From: Alphaproteobacteria bacterium
Lineage (GTDB): Bacteria; Pseudomonadota; Alphaproteobacteria; Caulobacterales; Parvularculaceae
NCBI GenBank assembly: GCA_030426465.1
Contig: JAUHYK010000008.1
Location: forward strand, 4,756-68,755
Length of the DNA: 64,000 nucleotides
Direction: 5' to 3'
In this document: positions 29,793 through 38,273 of the stretch, piece by piece
Numbering within the stretch: position 1 is the first letter of the stretch
How the letters are laid out: the number at the start of each line of letters is the position of its first letter
Notes under the pieces: model-generated
The model's input: the letters and a program-made list of their open reading frames with translations, nothing else
Told to the model about the DNA's origin: nothing
The model's database searches: none
Position numbers and translations under genes: made by a program

Positions 29793-30874
29793 CGCGGCTG
29801 ACGAAAATGCTTTCAGCCGTTCTGGGGCCAGTGCGTGTTGCGGAGTTGCGTAATGACATCTCCAGTTTCTGGCGCATGGGGTTCGCCGCCGCCGGGCGTT
29901 TCCGGCCGATCCCCGCCGATGAAAAGGAAGTCGTTCTCGCCAAGCGGATGACATTTAAGGGCGATGTGCCGATTCCGATCAGGAACGGCGTTTATGAACA
30001 GGGGCGGATGGCGTTTCGCCTGCCCCGCCCTCAGTTTGAAACCGCCGCCGGCCTGATCGTCACCCCTAATGGCGGCGCGTGGCGCGAAGGCTGTTTTGAG
30101 GAGCGGTTCAGCGCCGGCCAGCCGGGGCTGCGCCTGTTACTGGAAAACCGGCATCCTGTCGAAACGCTCCCAAAAGCGGTTGTCATTCAATGCGCCCATA
30201 ACGACACCTATGGGGACTGGGTGTCGGAATATCTTATACCGGTTCTGCGCGCCGCTCCTTTATCCGCGCCGTTGCTGCTGCCTGTACAAATTGCATCGAA
30301 GTCTTTTGTCGCGCGCGATCTCGGGGCGCTTGGCGTCGAATGGCGGGCGATTGAACAGCCGATCCATATCGAAAATGCGTGTGTGCTGCGTCAGCAGAAA
30401 TTTTTCGTCCATTTCTCCGAAGAGGAGGTGAAGCTTTTGCGCCGGGTCTTCGGGGAGCCCGCTTCGCAGGCCCGTCCCGGTAGCGTGGTCTATCTCTCCC
30501 GCCACGGAGAGGCGTCGGATGTTGCGGACCGGCGGTATCCAAACCTTGCAATTGAAGCGATCGTTACAGCCCGCGGCGGACGCGTTATTCGGACCGGCGA
30601 GGCGAGACGCGACGATTACATCGCCGCCGCTTTGGAAGCGGAAACCGTCATCTTCGATCACGGGTCCGCCTTTTACAATTCGCTTGGCTGGCCGGTGCGC
30701 CGCGTCGTGGAAATCGTTTCGGACGATTGGTGGAACAACGCTTTCCTGATGTTGTCCTATGCCGCGGGAAATCGCGACTACACCATCATTCGCGGCGATC
30801 TGGGCGATGCGCATGTCGAACGCCTGCTCACGCAAACGCTTGATGCGCCGCTTGACCTCAGCGTCGCAAGCTGA
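29789..30874 (+). CDS. GT61/DUF563-like glycosyltransferase, copy 2
   Basis: YGDWVSEYL, VYLSRHGE, HGSAFYN; collinear with copy 1; ATGA coupling. Confidence 0.65.
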   Translation: MTRLTKMLSAVLGPVRVAELRNDISSFWRMGFAAAGRFRPIPADEKEVVLAKRMTFKGDVPIPIRNGVYEQGRMAFRLPRPQFETAAGLIVTPNGGAWREGCFEERFSAGQPGLRLLLENRHPVETLPKAVVIQCAHNDTYGDWVSEYLIPVLRAAPLSAPLLLPVQIASKSFVARDLGALGVEWRAIEQPIHIENACVLRQQKFFVHFSEEEVKLLRRVFGEPASQARPGSVVYLSRHGEASDVADRRYPNLAIEAIVTARGGRVIRTGEARRDDYIAAALEAETVIFDHGSAFYNSLGWPVRRVVEIVSDDWWNNAFLMLSYAAGNRDYTIIRGDLGDAHVERLLTQTLDAPLDLSVAS

Positions 30875-30965
30875 TTGAAAGCCGCCCAATGTCCTCGCCG
30901 CCGTCCGATCCGGCGCATGAGGTGAATTCGCAAATTGCATATTAAAGAACAGGACCCCCCGAAAG

Positions 30966-31901
30966 ATGGGAAGACGGCGCAATAAAAAGGGCCGGCCGGT
31001 TTCCGGCTGGCTGATCATCGATAAGGCGTATGATTTCGGCTCCACGGAAGCGGTGTCGAAGGCGAAATGGCTGTTTCAGGCGCAAAAGGCCGGCCATGCG
31101 GGCACGCTCGATCCGCTCGCAACTGGCGTGCTGCCAATCGCCTTCGGCGAGGCGACCAAAACTTCCGCTTATGTCATGGATGCCGAGAAGCATTATCGCT
31201 TCACCGCACGCTGGGGCGAGGCTCGCGCCACCGATGACGCCGAAGGCGATGTGATTGCGACATCGGACAAACGGCCGTCGCGAGAGGAGATTGAATCCGT
31301 GCTCGACCGTTTCACGGGTGAGATCGAGCAGATCCCGCCGCAGTTTTCCGCCATCAAGGTGGGCGGCGAGCGCGCTTACGATCTCGCGCGCGACGGTGAG
31401 GCGGTGAAGCTCGAGCCGCGCCAGGTGATGATCTATGATTTGCGTGTTGTCGAAACGCCGTCCGAAGACGAAACAGTCTTTGAAGCGGTGACCGGCAAAG
31501 GCGCTTATGTGCGCGCGCTGGTGCGCGACATGGCGCTCGCGCTTGGCACGCAAGGCTATGTGTCATCGCTTCGGCGCCTCGCCGTTGGCGGTTTGCGCGC
31601 TGAAGACGGAATTACGCTCGCCGATCTGGAGGCGATGGAGTCTCTTGAAGACCGCGATGCGGCGCTGCTTCCGATCAGCTATGCGCTTTCATCCATGCCG
31701 CAGGCGATTGTGGACGGTCCGCAGGCGGATAAATTGCGCCGGGGGCAGGCGGCGGTTGTGTCGCCGGCGACGGCGAAAGGCGTGCGCGGCGAAACGGCAG
31801 GCCTTATTGAAGGCGTTCTCGCTGTTCTCCATGACGAGGCGGTGGCGATTTGTGAACTGGATGGCCTTAAGCTAAAACCAAGTCGGGTCTTTAACGCATA
31901 A
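30966..31901 (+). CDS. truB: tRNA pseudouridine(55) synthase
   Basis: KAGHAGTLDPLATG, PPQFSAIK, GKGAYVRAL. Confidence 0.97.
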   Translation: MGRRRNKKGRPVSGWLIIDKAYDFGSTEAVSKAKWLFQAQKAGHAGTLDPLATGVLPIAFGEATKTSAYVMDAEKHYRFTARWGEARATDDAEGDVIATSDKRPSREEIESVLDRFTGEIEQIPPQFSAIKVGGERAYDLARDGEAVKLEPRQVMIYDLRVVETPSEDETVFEAVTGKGAYVRALVRDMALALGTQGYVSSLRRLAVGGLRAEDGITLADLEAMESLEDRDAALLPISYALSSMPQAIVDGPQADKLRRGQAAVVSPATAKGVRGETAGLIEGVLAVLHDEAVAICELDGLKLKPSRVFNA

Positions 31902-31935
31902 GCAGCATGGATGAGCGCAACAGGGAAGCGGAGCC

Positions 31936-32094
31936 ATGGCGCATCACAAACGTAAAAAGCCAAAATCAGGGCGCGCAGGCTGTCTTTTGTGCAAGCCTTA
32001 TAAACGCCAGGGCGCGCCATTGAAGATGCGCCTCAAGGCTTCAGTGCTGCGCAGAATGCGGGTTGCGAACGCCCGCCGATCAGCGTCCGTCTAA
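31936..32094 (+). CDS. 52-aa basic CxxC micro-protein MAHHKRKKPKSGRAGCLLCKPYKRQG... (not in ORF track)
   Basis: GGAG SD before ATG 31936; TAA 32092-32094 overlaps the stop of the convergent gene. Confidence 0.65.
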   Translation: MAHHKRKKPKSGRAGCLLCKPYKRQGAPLKMRLKASVLRRMRVANARRSASV

Positions 32095-32945
32095 CGCACA
32101 ATCTTCCACGCCGTCACCGTGCCCGGATTCCAGTTTGGAACGATGACAGTGTCGTCGAATACGGTGAGATCGTTCTGTAGTATTTCAGCTTCTCTGGTGT
32201 CGAGCAGCTCTGTTGTCTCGCCTTCCGGGGACACATAGTGGATCGCGCCCGGCCAGGACGAGACGAGCCATCCGCCGCCCGGGACGAGGCCGATGCCGTC
32301 GGCGTTGTTCATCCCGTTTGCAATTTCGGTCAGATTTCCTTCGGCGTCTGCTGATAACAGCGACCCGGAATCCATTGTCGAAACATAAAGCGTGTCGCCA
32401 TCCCCGAGGAGGCCGTTGATCCCATCGAGGCGATCATCTTCAAGCCACAGGGTTGCAGCGTCGCCATCAAGCTTGTGAATGCTGGCGCCGCCAGAATCGG
32501 AAACATAGACCGCGTCGCCCCATACCGTTGCGTCATTGAGGAACCTGGCGCCGTCGATGGCTATGGTCCCGGCCGGATCGCCGGTTTCCGAGCTGAAAAT
32601 GCGCACCTGATCGATGTCGGCGACATAAAGGCGGCCATCATGCACCGCCATGCCTTTCGGCGCGTCCAGCCCTTCTGCGAATTTCTCCGTTACGATGTCG
32701 CCGTCTTCGGATAGGATCGAGATCCAGCCTTCGCCGTCTTTTGCGCCGCCTTCGCCAACGACATTGGAGATGAAATAGCCCCTCTGGGGCGCCGCAGCGA
32801 CGCCTTCCGGCGCCATAAAGCCTTCAGCGATCCAGACCTGTTCGAGCTTGGGCGTCGTCGAGGTTTCCTCGACGGTGGGCGCCGTGGGGTTAGGGCCTGA
32901 ACAGGCGGCGGCGAAGGCAAGCATGGCTATGGAGAAAAGGCGCAT
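32091..32945 (-). CDS. SMP-30/gluconolactonase-like beta-propeller lipoprotein
   Basis: APEGV, APKGM, FLND, GING, NADG blades; lipobox AAAC. Confidence 0.8.
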   Translation of the reverse strand: MRLFSIAMLAFAAACSGPNPTAPTVEETSTTPKLEQVWIAEGFMAPEGVAAAPQRGYFISNVVGEGGAKDGEGWISILSEDGDIVTEKFAEGLDAPKGMAVHDGRLYVADIDQVRIFSSETGDPAGTIAIDGARFLNDATVWGDAVYVSDSGGASIHKLDGDAATLWLEDDRLDGINGLLGDGDTLYVSTMDSGSLLSADAEGNLTEIANGMNNADGIGLVPGGGWLVSSWPGAIHYVSPEGETTELLDTREAEILQNDLTVFDDTVIVPNWNPGTVTAWKIVR

Positions 32946-33005
32946 GAAAAGCTCCAAGTTGAACGGCGCCACTTTTCACTTTCTTTTTCTAAAGATCAAC
33001 CGACC

Positions 33006-33230
33006 TTATTTGTCTTGCTTTTGTGTATTCGGAACATGAACGAGTATGTCGCCGGGTTGGCAGTCTAACACCTCACAGATCTTGTCCAGGGTTTCAAACT
33101 TCACGCCCTTCATGGAGCCTGATTTTAACTTCGATAAATTCGCCTCGGTGGCGCCAATGGCGGTCGCGAGGTCTTTCGATTTCATTTTTCGCAAGGCTAG
33201 CATCACATCCAGCCTGATGACGACCGTCAT
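33006..33230 (-). CDS. Cro/C1-type HTH regulator (YozG-like), module 1
   Basis: RLDVML, ANLSKLKSG, FETLDKICEVLDCQPGDIL. Confidence 0.9.
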   Translation of the reverse strand: MTVVIRLDVMLALRKMKSKDLATAIGATEANLSKLKSGSMKGVKFETLDKICEVLDCQPGDILVHVPNTQKQDK

Positions 33231-33242
33231 GCTCAACGCGCC

Positions 33243-33770
33243 TTAAAGATATTGCTCGGTTTCGGTTTTGTAGCGTTCGGCTTCGATCAGCACAAACGAG
33301 ACAACGAGAAAAACGCTGGCCGTAAAAACCAGCGCCATGTGCTCGGTGTTTATGTTGATATGGGTCCAGAACGGGGCGTCGTGTTCGCCCATAGCCCAGC
33401 GTCGCGCGCCTGATGTGATAATGTCAAAGGTAACAGCGACCATGGTGAACAGCGAGAAGGCGCGCAAATGGCGGGCGGTCCGCCCGTCGACAAATTCACC
33501 CTTATGAAAATGGCGGAACAACCGGTGCAGCCGGTATAGCGCGTAAAGCCATGCGGCGGTTGAAGGAACGCCCACGAGCAGGCCCAATAACCGCGCCCCT
33601 TCGCGCGGCGGCGCTTCAGCGAGCACCAGTGTGTTATCCCAGAAATTATAGCTGCCAAATCCCCAATAGGTGACCGGCATGGCAATGGCGAGGAAGGCGA
33701 TCAGCGGAATCAGCCAGAGGAATGCGAGGCTCGTCCGTTTCAGCCAGACGTGAGTGCTTGACATGGCCAC
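33243..33770 (-). CDS. DUF2975 membrane protein (YoaS-like), module 1
   Basis: About four TM segments; LHRLFRHFHKGEF..RTARHLR; C-terminal EAERYKTETEQYL; precedes HTH. Confidence 0.8.
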   Translation of the reverse strand: MAMSSTHVWLKRTSLAFLWLIPLIAFLAIAMPVTYWGFGSYNFWDNTLVLAEAPPREGARLLGLLVGVPSTAAWLYALYRLHRLFRHFHKGEFVDGRTARHLRAFSLFTMVAVTFDIITSGARRWAMGEHDAPFWTHININTEHMALVFTASVFLVVSFVLIEAERYKTETEQYL

Positions 33771-33791
33771 AATCTTTCCATATTCAATAAT

Positions 33792-33814
33792 AAATTATCG
33801 AAATTAGATAATTT
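33792..33814. promoter_or_regulatory. Operator-like inverted repeat AAATTATCG-AAATT-AGATAATTT
   Basis: AT-rich palindrome between divergent DUF2975 and CPBP genes; same TTATCG-W5-CGATAA consensus as 55821-55863. Confidence 0.65.
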
Positions 33815-33881
33815 TATATCTGTTTTTGACATTGGCGCGCCTCAGGCGGCTTGGCAAGCCCCAGCGTGGTGGAGGGCTGTG

Positions 33882-34625
33882 ATGGAGCTTATACTGACGC
33901 TGGTCCTCTGGTGGGCGCCGGTCATCGTCCTGGCGCTGGTGTTTCGCGCGGTGGGGCTTGCCGGTTTCCGGCCAGGCTGGTTTCTCACGGCGATAGCCGT
34001 TTATGGCCTCTACATGATCGCCATTTTTAAAGGCGGCGCGTTGATTTCCCTCGATCAATATTTCGAAGGGCTTCAGTGGAATTGGGGCGGCAAGATCGCG
34101 TCGATCGCCATGACCGTGGCTGTGTTTGCGGTTCTGGCGATGACAACAAAGTCGGTTTCCCGAGAAAGCGCCGGGTTCACTTTGCGCCAAAACCCGGGTT
34201 CCGTTGTTCCTGCCTTAATCGCCACTGTCTTGCTGGCGGCAAGTGGCATCGGGCTGGAGTTCCTCGGCGCCGACGGCCCGTCCATGGATCCTGAGCGTCT
34301 CGCCTATCAGGCGACGATGCCGGGGCTTGATGAGGAACCGTTTTTCAGGGGAGTATTTCTCGCTGTTCTGGCGGCGGCCCTGCCCTCTCGCGGGCTAAGC
34401 CTTCTTCGCGCTCGGATCACGGGCGCCGGGCTTTTGATGACCCTTCTCTTTGGCCTCGGCCATGGGGTTGGGATTGAGGACGGCAAGCCGTTTATCAGCT
34501 GGATTTATATCGTTGTGACCGGCTATCTCGGCTTCGGCCTTCTCTGGATCCGCGAGCGCACGGGCAGCGTTTTATTGCCCATTCTGGCGCATAACCTGAT
34601 TAACTTTTCGGGGTCCTTTTTCTAG
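33882..34625 (+). CDS. CPBP/CAAX (Abi) intramembrane metalloprotease
   Basis: EEPFFRG, LFGLGH, ERTGSVLLPILAHNLIN. Confidence 0.9.
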   Translation: MELILTLVLWWAPVIVLALVFRAVGLAGFRPGWFLTAIAVYGLYMIAIFKGGALISLDQYFEGLQWNWGGKIASIAMTVAVFAVLAMTTKSVSRESAGFTLRQNPGSVVPALIATVLLAASGIGLEFLGADGPSMDPERLAYQATMPGLDEEPFFRGVFLAVLAAALPSRGLSLLRARITGAGLLMTLLFGLGHGVGIEDGKPFISWIYIVVTGYLGFGLLWIRERTGSVLLPILAHNLINFSGSFF

Positions 34626-34681
34626 GGGTTTCGTAGCTATCGAGCCTTGCTATCCGCCCCCTTTTCCCCCATAAGCCGCCC

Positions 34682-34760
34682 ATCTTTTCGACCCTGCTGG
34701 ACGGCGTCCCGGCGGGGCCGCCATTTTCAGGGGACGCCGCGGAGAAAAGACCATGTCGAT
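34682..34760 (+). promoter_or_regulatory. Candidate alphaproteobacterial S15 autoregulatory mRNA leader
   Basis: GCTGGACGGCGTCCCGGC element directly upstream of rpsO; promoter TTGCTA-N17-CATAAG at 34647-34675. Confidence 0.55.
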
Positions 34761-35022
34761 TACGGCAAGCCGTAAGGCCGAGCTTATCAAAAAATTCGCC
34801 ACCAAAGCAGACGACACCGGTTCGCCGGAGGTTCAGGTTGCGATACTGTCAGAGCGCATTTCGAACCTTACCGAGCATTTTAAAGAGCACAAAAAAGACA
34901 ACCATTCGCGTCGCGGACTCCTCAAAATGGTTTCCCAGCGCCGTCGTCTGCTGGACTATGTGAAGCGCGGCGACGAAGAACGCTATAAAAAGCTGATCGA
35001 AGAACTCGGCCTGCGCCGCTAG
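34753..35022 (+). CDS. rpsO: 30S ribosomal protein S15
   Basis: [27 protein letters not shown]. Confidence 0.99.
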   Translation: MSITASRKAELIKKFATKADDTGSPEVQVAILSERISNLTEHFKEHKKDNHSRRGLLKMVSQRRRLLDYVKRGDEERYKKLIEELGLRR

Positions 35023-35097
35023 TCATCTTGCCGTATGCGCCGCAAGCTGGTGCATACGGCGACACCCTTTAATCTGGCCCGGCCAGGAGACGCTTAT

Positions 35098-35859
35098 ATG
35101 AAATTTCCCGGAACCTCAGCGATCATCACTGGCGGCGCATCAGGTCTTGGCGCCGCAACCGCTGAGGCGCTGGCGAAAGAAGGCGTCAAAGTTGCGCTTT
35201 TTGACCTCAATGAGGAAAAAGGCGAGGCGCTGGCGAAGCAGTTGGGCGGCGTATTCTGCAAAACAAATGTCGCCGATGAAGATAGCGTCAAAGCCTCTAT
35301 CGCCAAAGCTGTCGAGGCGCATGGAACGCCTTCCATCCTCGTCAATTGCGCCGGCATCGGCACGGCTGAGAAAACCCTCGGTAAAAACGGGGTCCATAAT
35401 CTCGACCATTACAAGCGCGTTATCGAAATCAACCTGATCGGCACATTCAACTGCATTCGTCTTGTTGCAGAGCAGATGGAAAAGAACGATCCGCAGGCTG
35501 ACGGTGAGCGCGGCGTGATCATCAACACGGCGTCCGTCGCCGCTTTTGACGGTCAGATCGGCCAGGCCGCTTACTCCGCGTCAAAAGGCGGCGTCGTCGG
35601 CATGACCCTGCCGATCGCCCGCGATCTCATGAATATCGGAATCCGCGTCAACACCATCGCGCCCGGCATTTTCTGGACGCCGATGATGGCGGGGATGGAC
35701 CAGAAGGTTCAGGACGCGCTCGCCGCCATGGTGCCGTTCCCCAAACGCCTCGGCAAGCCTGAGGAATATGCGTCGCTAGCGGTGGAAATCTGCCGCAACA
35801 CGATGATGAACGGCGAAACAATCCGGCTCGATGGAGCCATCAGAATGCAGCCGAGGTGA
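35098..35859 (+). CDS. Short-chain dehydrogenase, 3-hydroxyacyl-CoA dehydrogenase type-2-like
   Basis: [37 protein letters not shown]. Confidence 0.92.
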   Translation: MKFPGTSAIITGGASGLGAATAEALAKEGVKVALFDLNEEKGEALAKQLGGVFCKTNVADEDSVKASIAKAVEAHGTPSILVNCAGIGTAEKTLGKNGVHNLDHYKRVIEINLIGTFNCIRLVAEQMEKNDPQADGERGVIINTASVAAFDGQIGQAAYSASKGGVVGMTLPIARDLMNIGIRVNTIAPGIFWTPMMAGMDQKVQDALAAMVPFPKRLGKPEEYASLAVEICRNTMMNGETIRLDGAIRMQPR

Positions 35860-35865
35860 GTTCCC

Positions 35866-35895
35866 GCGCCGCCCTTAAAGAGGCGGCGCTTTCAT
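35866..35895 (+). terminator. Hairpin between SDR and pnp
   Basis: GCGCCGCC-CTTAAAGA-GGCGGCGC then TTTCATTT. Confidence 0.5.
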
Positions 35896-35961
35896 TTCCG
35901 GCTTCATAAAAAGGGCGTCATGCGATCCGCGTATAGCGCATCACGAAAGAGAAGAGAAAAC

Positions 35962-38076
35962 ATGTTTAATATCACTAAAAAATCGATTGAATGGGGCGGT
36001 CGCACGCTGACCCTAGAAACCGGACGCGTCGCGCGTCAGGCCGATGGCGCTGTGCTCGCCACCTATGGCGACACAACCGTGCTCGCCGCCGTCACCGCCG
36101 CGAAGGAGCCGAACCCCAATTTCGATTTCTTCCCGCTGACGGTGCATTATCAGGAACGCTATTACGCGGCTGGCCGCGTGCCGGGCGGATACTTCAAGCG
36201 CGAAGCGCGTCCGACCGAGAAAGAAACACTGACCTCGCGTCTTATCGACCGTCCGGTTCGTCCATTGTTCGTCAAGGGCTTCAAGAACGAAGTGCTCGTC
36301 GTGGCGCAGGTCCTTTCGCACGATCTTGAAAACGATCCCGATGTTGTCGCGATGATCGCGGTCTCCGCGGCGCTGACGGTTTCCGGCGTGCCGTTCATGG
36401 GCCCCATCGGCGCGGCCCGCGTTGGTTACATTAATGGCGAATATGTGCTGAACCCGACCATCGACCAGATGCCGGAAACTCAGCTTGATCTCGTCATGGC
36501 CGGCACATCGGACGCCGTGATGATGGTGGAATCCGAAGCCAAGGAATTGTCTGAAGAGGTCATGCTTGGTTCGGTCGCCTTCGGTCACAAAGCTGCGAAA
36601 GAAGCGATTGGCCTGATCATCGATTTCGCAGAAGAATGCGCGAAAGAACCCTGGAACTTCACAGCGCCGGATAATTCCGACGTTGAAAGCAAAGTGCGCG
36701 CGCTCGTGGAAGATGATGTTCGCGCCGCCTACAAAATCACGATCAAGCAGGATCGCCAGAACGCTCTGGCCGCAGCGAAAACCAAAGCGGTTGAAGCGCT
36801 TTGCAATGATGAAGACGACGCCGCGCCGTCAAAATCGGTCGTCGGCGGGGCTTTCAAGTCCATCGAATCCGACATTGTCCGTAACGGCATTCTCGACACG
36901 GGCGAGCGTATTGACGGCCGCGACACCAAGACGGTTCGTCCGATTGTTGCGGAAGCGGGCATTCTGCCGCGCACGCACGGATCGTCGCTGTTCACCCGCG
37001 GCGAGACGCAGGCGCTGGTCGTCGCCACGCTCGGCACTGGCGAAGATGAGCAATTCATCGATGCGCTGGCCGGCACCTACAAAGAACAGTTCTTGCTGCA
37101 CTATAACTTCCCGCCTTATTCGGTCGGCGAAGTGGGCCGCATGGGCTTTACCGGCCGACGCGAAATCGGCCACGGCAAGCTTGCCTGGCGCGCGCTGAAA
37201 GCGGTTATTCCGAGCCAGGAAGAATTCCCTTACGTCATTCGTCTCGTCTCAGAGATCACTGAATCCAACGGTTCGTCGTCCATGGCGACGGTTTGCGGCG
37301 GTTCTCTCGCGATGATGGATGGCGGTGTGCCGATCAAACGTCCGGTGGCGGGCATCGCCATGGGGCTTATCCTTGAGGGCGAAAAATACGCTGTCCTGTC
37401 GGATATTCTCGGCGATGAAGATCACCTCGGCGATATGGACTTCAAAGTGGCGGGCACCGATCAGGGCGTCACCTCGCTGCAGATGGACATCAAGATCGCT
37501 GGCATCACTGAAGAGATCATGCAGGTTGCGCTTGGCCAGGCCAAGGACGGCCGCATGCATATCCTCGGTGAGATGTCCAAAGCGCTCGAAACGTCGCGCG
37601 CCGACCTTGGCGATTATGCGCCGCGCATCGAGACCATGCAGATCGCCAAAGACAAGATCCGTGACGTCATCGGCTCCGGCGGCAAGGTTATCCGCCAGAT
37701 CGTTGAAGAGACCGGCGCCAAGATCAATGTGGACGATGAAGGCCTGATCAAGATCGCCTCCAGCGACAAGGAGAAGATCGACGCGGCCTATAAGTGGATT
37801 CACTCCATCGTCGCCGAGCCGGAAGTTGGCGAGATTTACAAAGGCAAAGTGGTCAAGGCCATGGATTTCGGCGCCTTTGTGAATTTCTTCGGCGCCCGCG
37901 ACGGCCTCGTGCATATTTCGCAGCTTTCCGACGGCCGTCCCGAGAAGACGACGGATGTAGTCAAGGAAGGCGATGAAGTCTTCGTGAAGCTTCTCGGCTT
38001 TGATGATCGCGGCAAGGTTCGCCTTTCCATGAAAGTCGTGGATCAGGAAACCGGCAAGGAGATAGAGCGCGACTAA
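35962..38076 (+). CDS. pnp: Polyribonucleotide nucleotidyltransferase
   Basis: [39 protein letters not shown] and S1 domains. Confidence 0.99.
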   Translation: MFNITKKSIEWGGRTLTLETGRVARQADGAVLATYGDTTVLAAVTAAKEPNPNFDFFPLTVHYQERYYAAGRVPGGYFKREARPTEKETLTSRLIDRPVRPLFVKGFKNEVLVVAQVLSHDLENDPDVVAMIAVSAALTVSGVPFMGPIGAARVGYINGEYVLNPTIDQMPETQLDLVMAGTSDAVMMVESEAKELSEEVMLGSVAFGHKAAKEAIGLIIDFAEECAKEPWNFTAPDNSDVESKVRALVEDDVRAAYKITIKQDRQNALAAAKTKAVEALCNDEDDAAPSKSVVGGAFKSIESDIVRNGILDTGERIDGRDTKTVRPIVAEAGILPRTHGSSLFTRGETQALVVATLGTGEDEQFIDALAGTYKEQFLLHYNFPPYSVGEVGRMGFTGRREIGHGKLAWRALKAVIPSQEEFPYVIRLVSEITESNGSSSMATVCGGSLAMMDGGVPIKRPVAGIAMGLILEGEKYAVLSDILGDEDHLGDMDFKVAGTDQGVTSLQMDIKIAGITEEIMQVALGQAKDGRMHILGEMSKALETSRADLGDYAPRIETMQIAKDKIRDVIGSGGKVIRQIVEETGAKINVDDEGLIKIASSDKEKIDAAYKWIHSIVAEPEVGEIYKGKVVKAMDFGAFVNFFGARDGLVHISQLSDGRPEKTTDVVKEGDEVFVKLLGFDDRGKVRLSMKVVDQETGKEIERD

Positions 38077-38123
38077 GCGCTTGCTCTGTCGGGTTTTTCT
38101 TGAACCCATTGAAAAATCACACG

Positions 38124-38162
38124 AAAGCGGCGCCTGTGGCATACGGGCGCCGCTTTTGTTTT
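38124..38162 (+). terminator. Intrinsic terminator after pnp
   Basis: AAAGCGGCGCC...GGCGCCGCTTTTGTTTT. Confidence 0.85.
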
Positions 38163-38273
38163 TTCCACGCGCCATAAAAGTCGCAAGCCTTTGGCGAAGC
38201 GGCGGAGGGCGCTAGACTTGGCCGAAATCGGGCGGGAGCCCAGCGGGCCACGGGAGCCCAGGGAGGGACGGGG

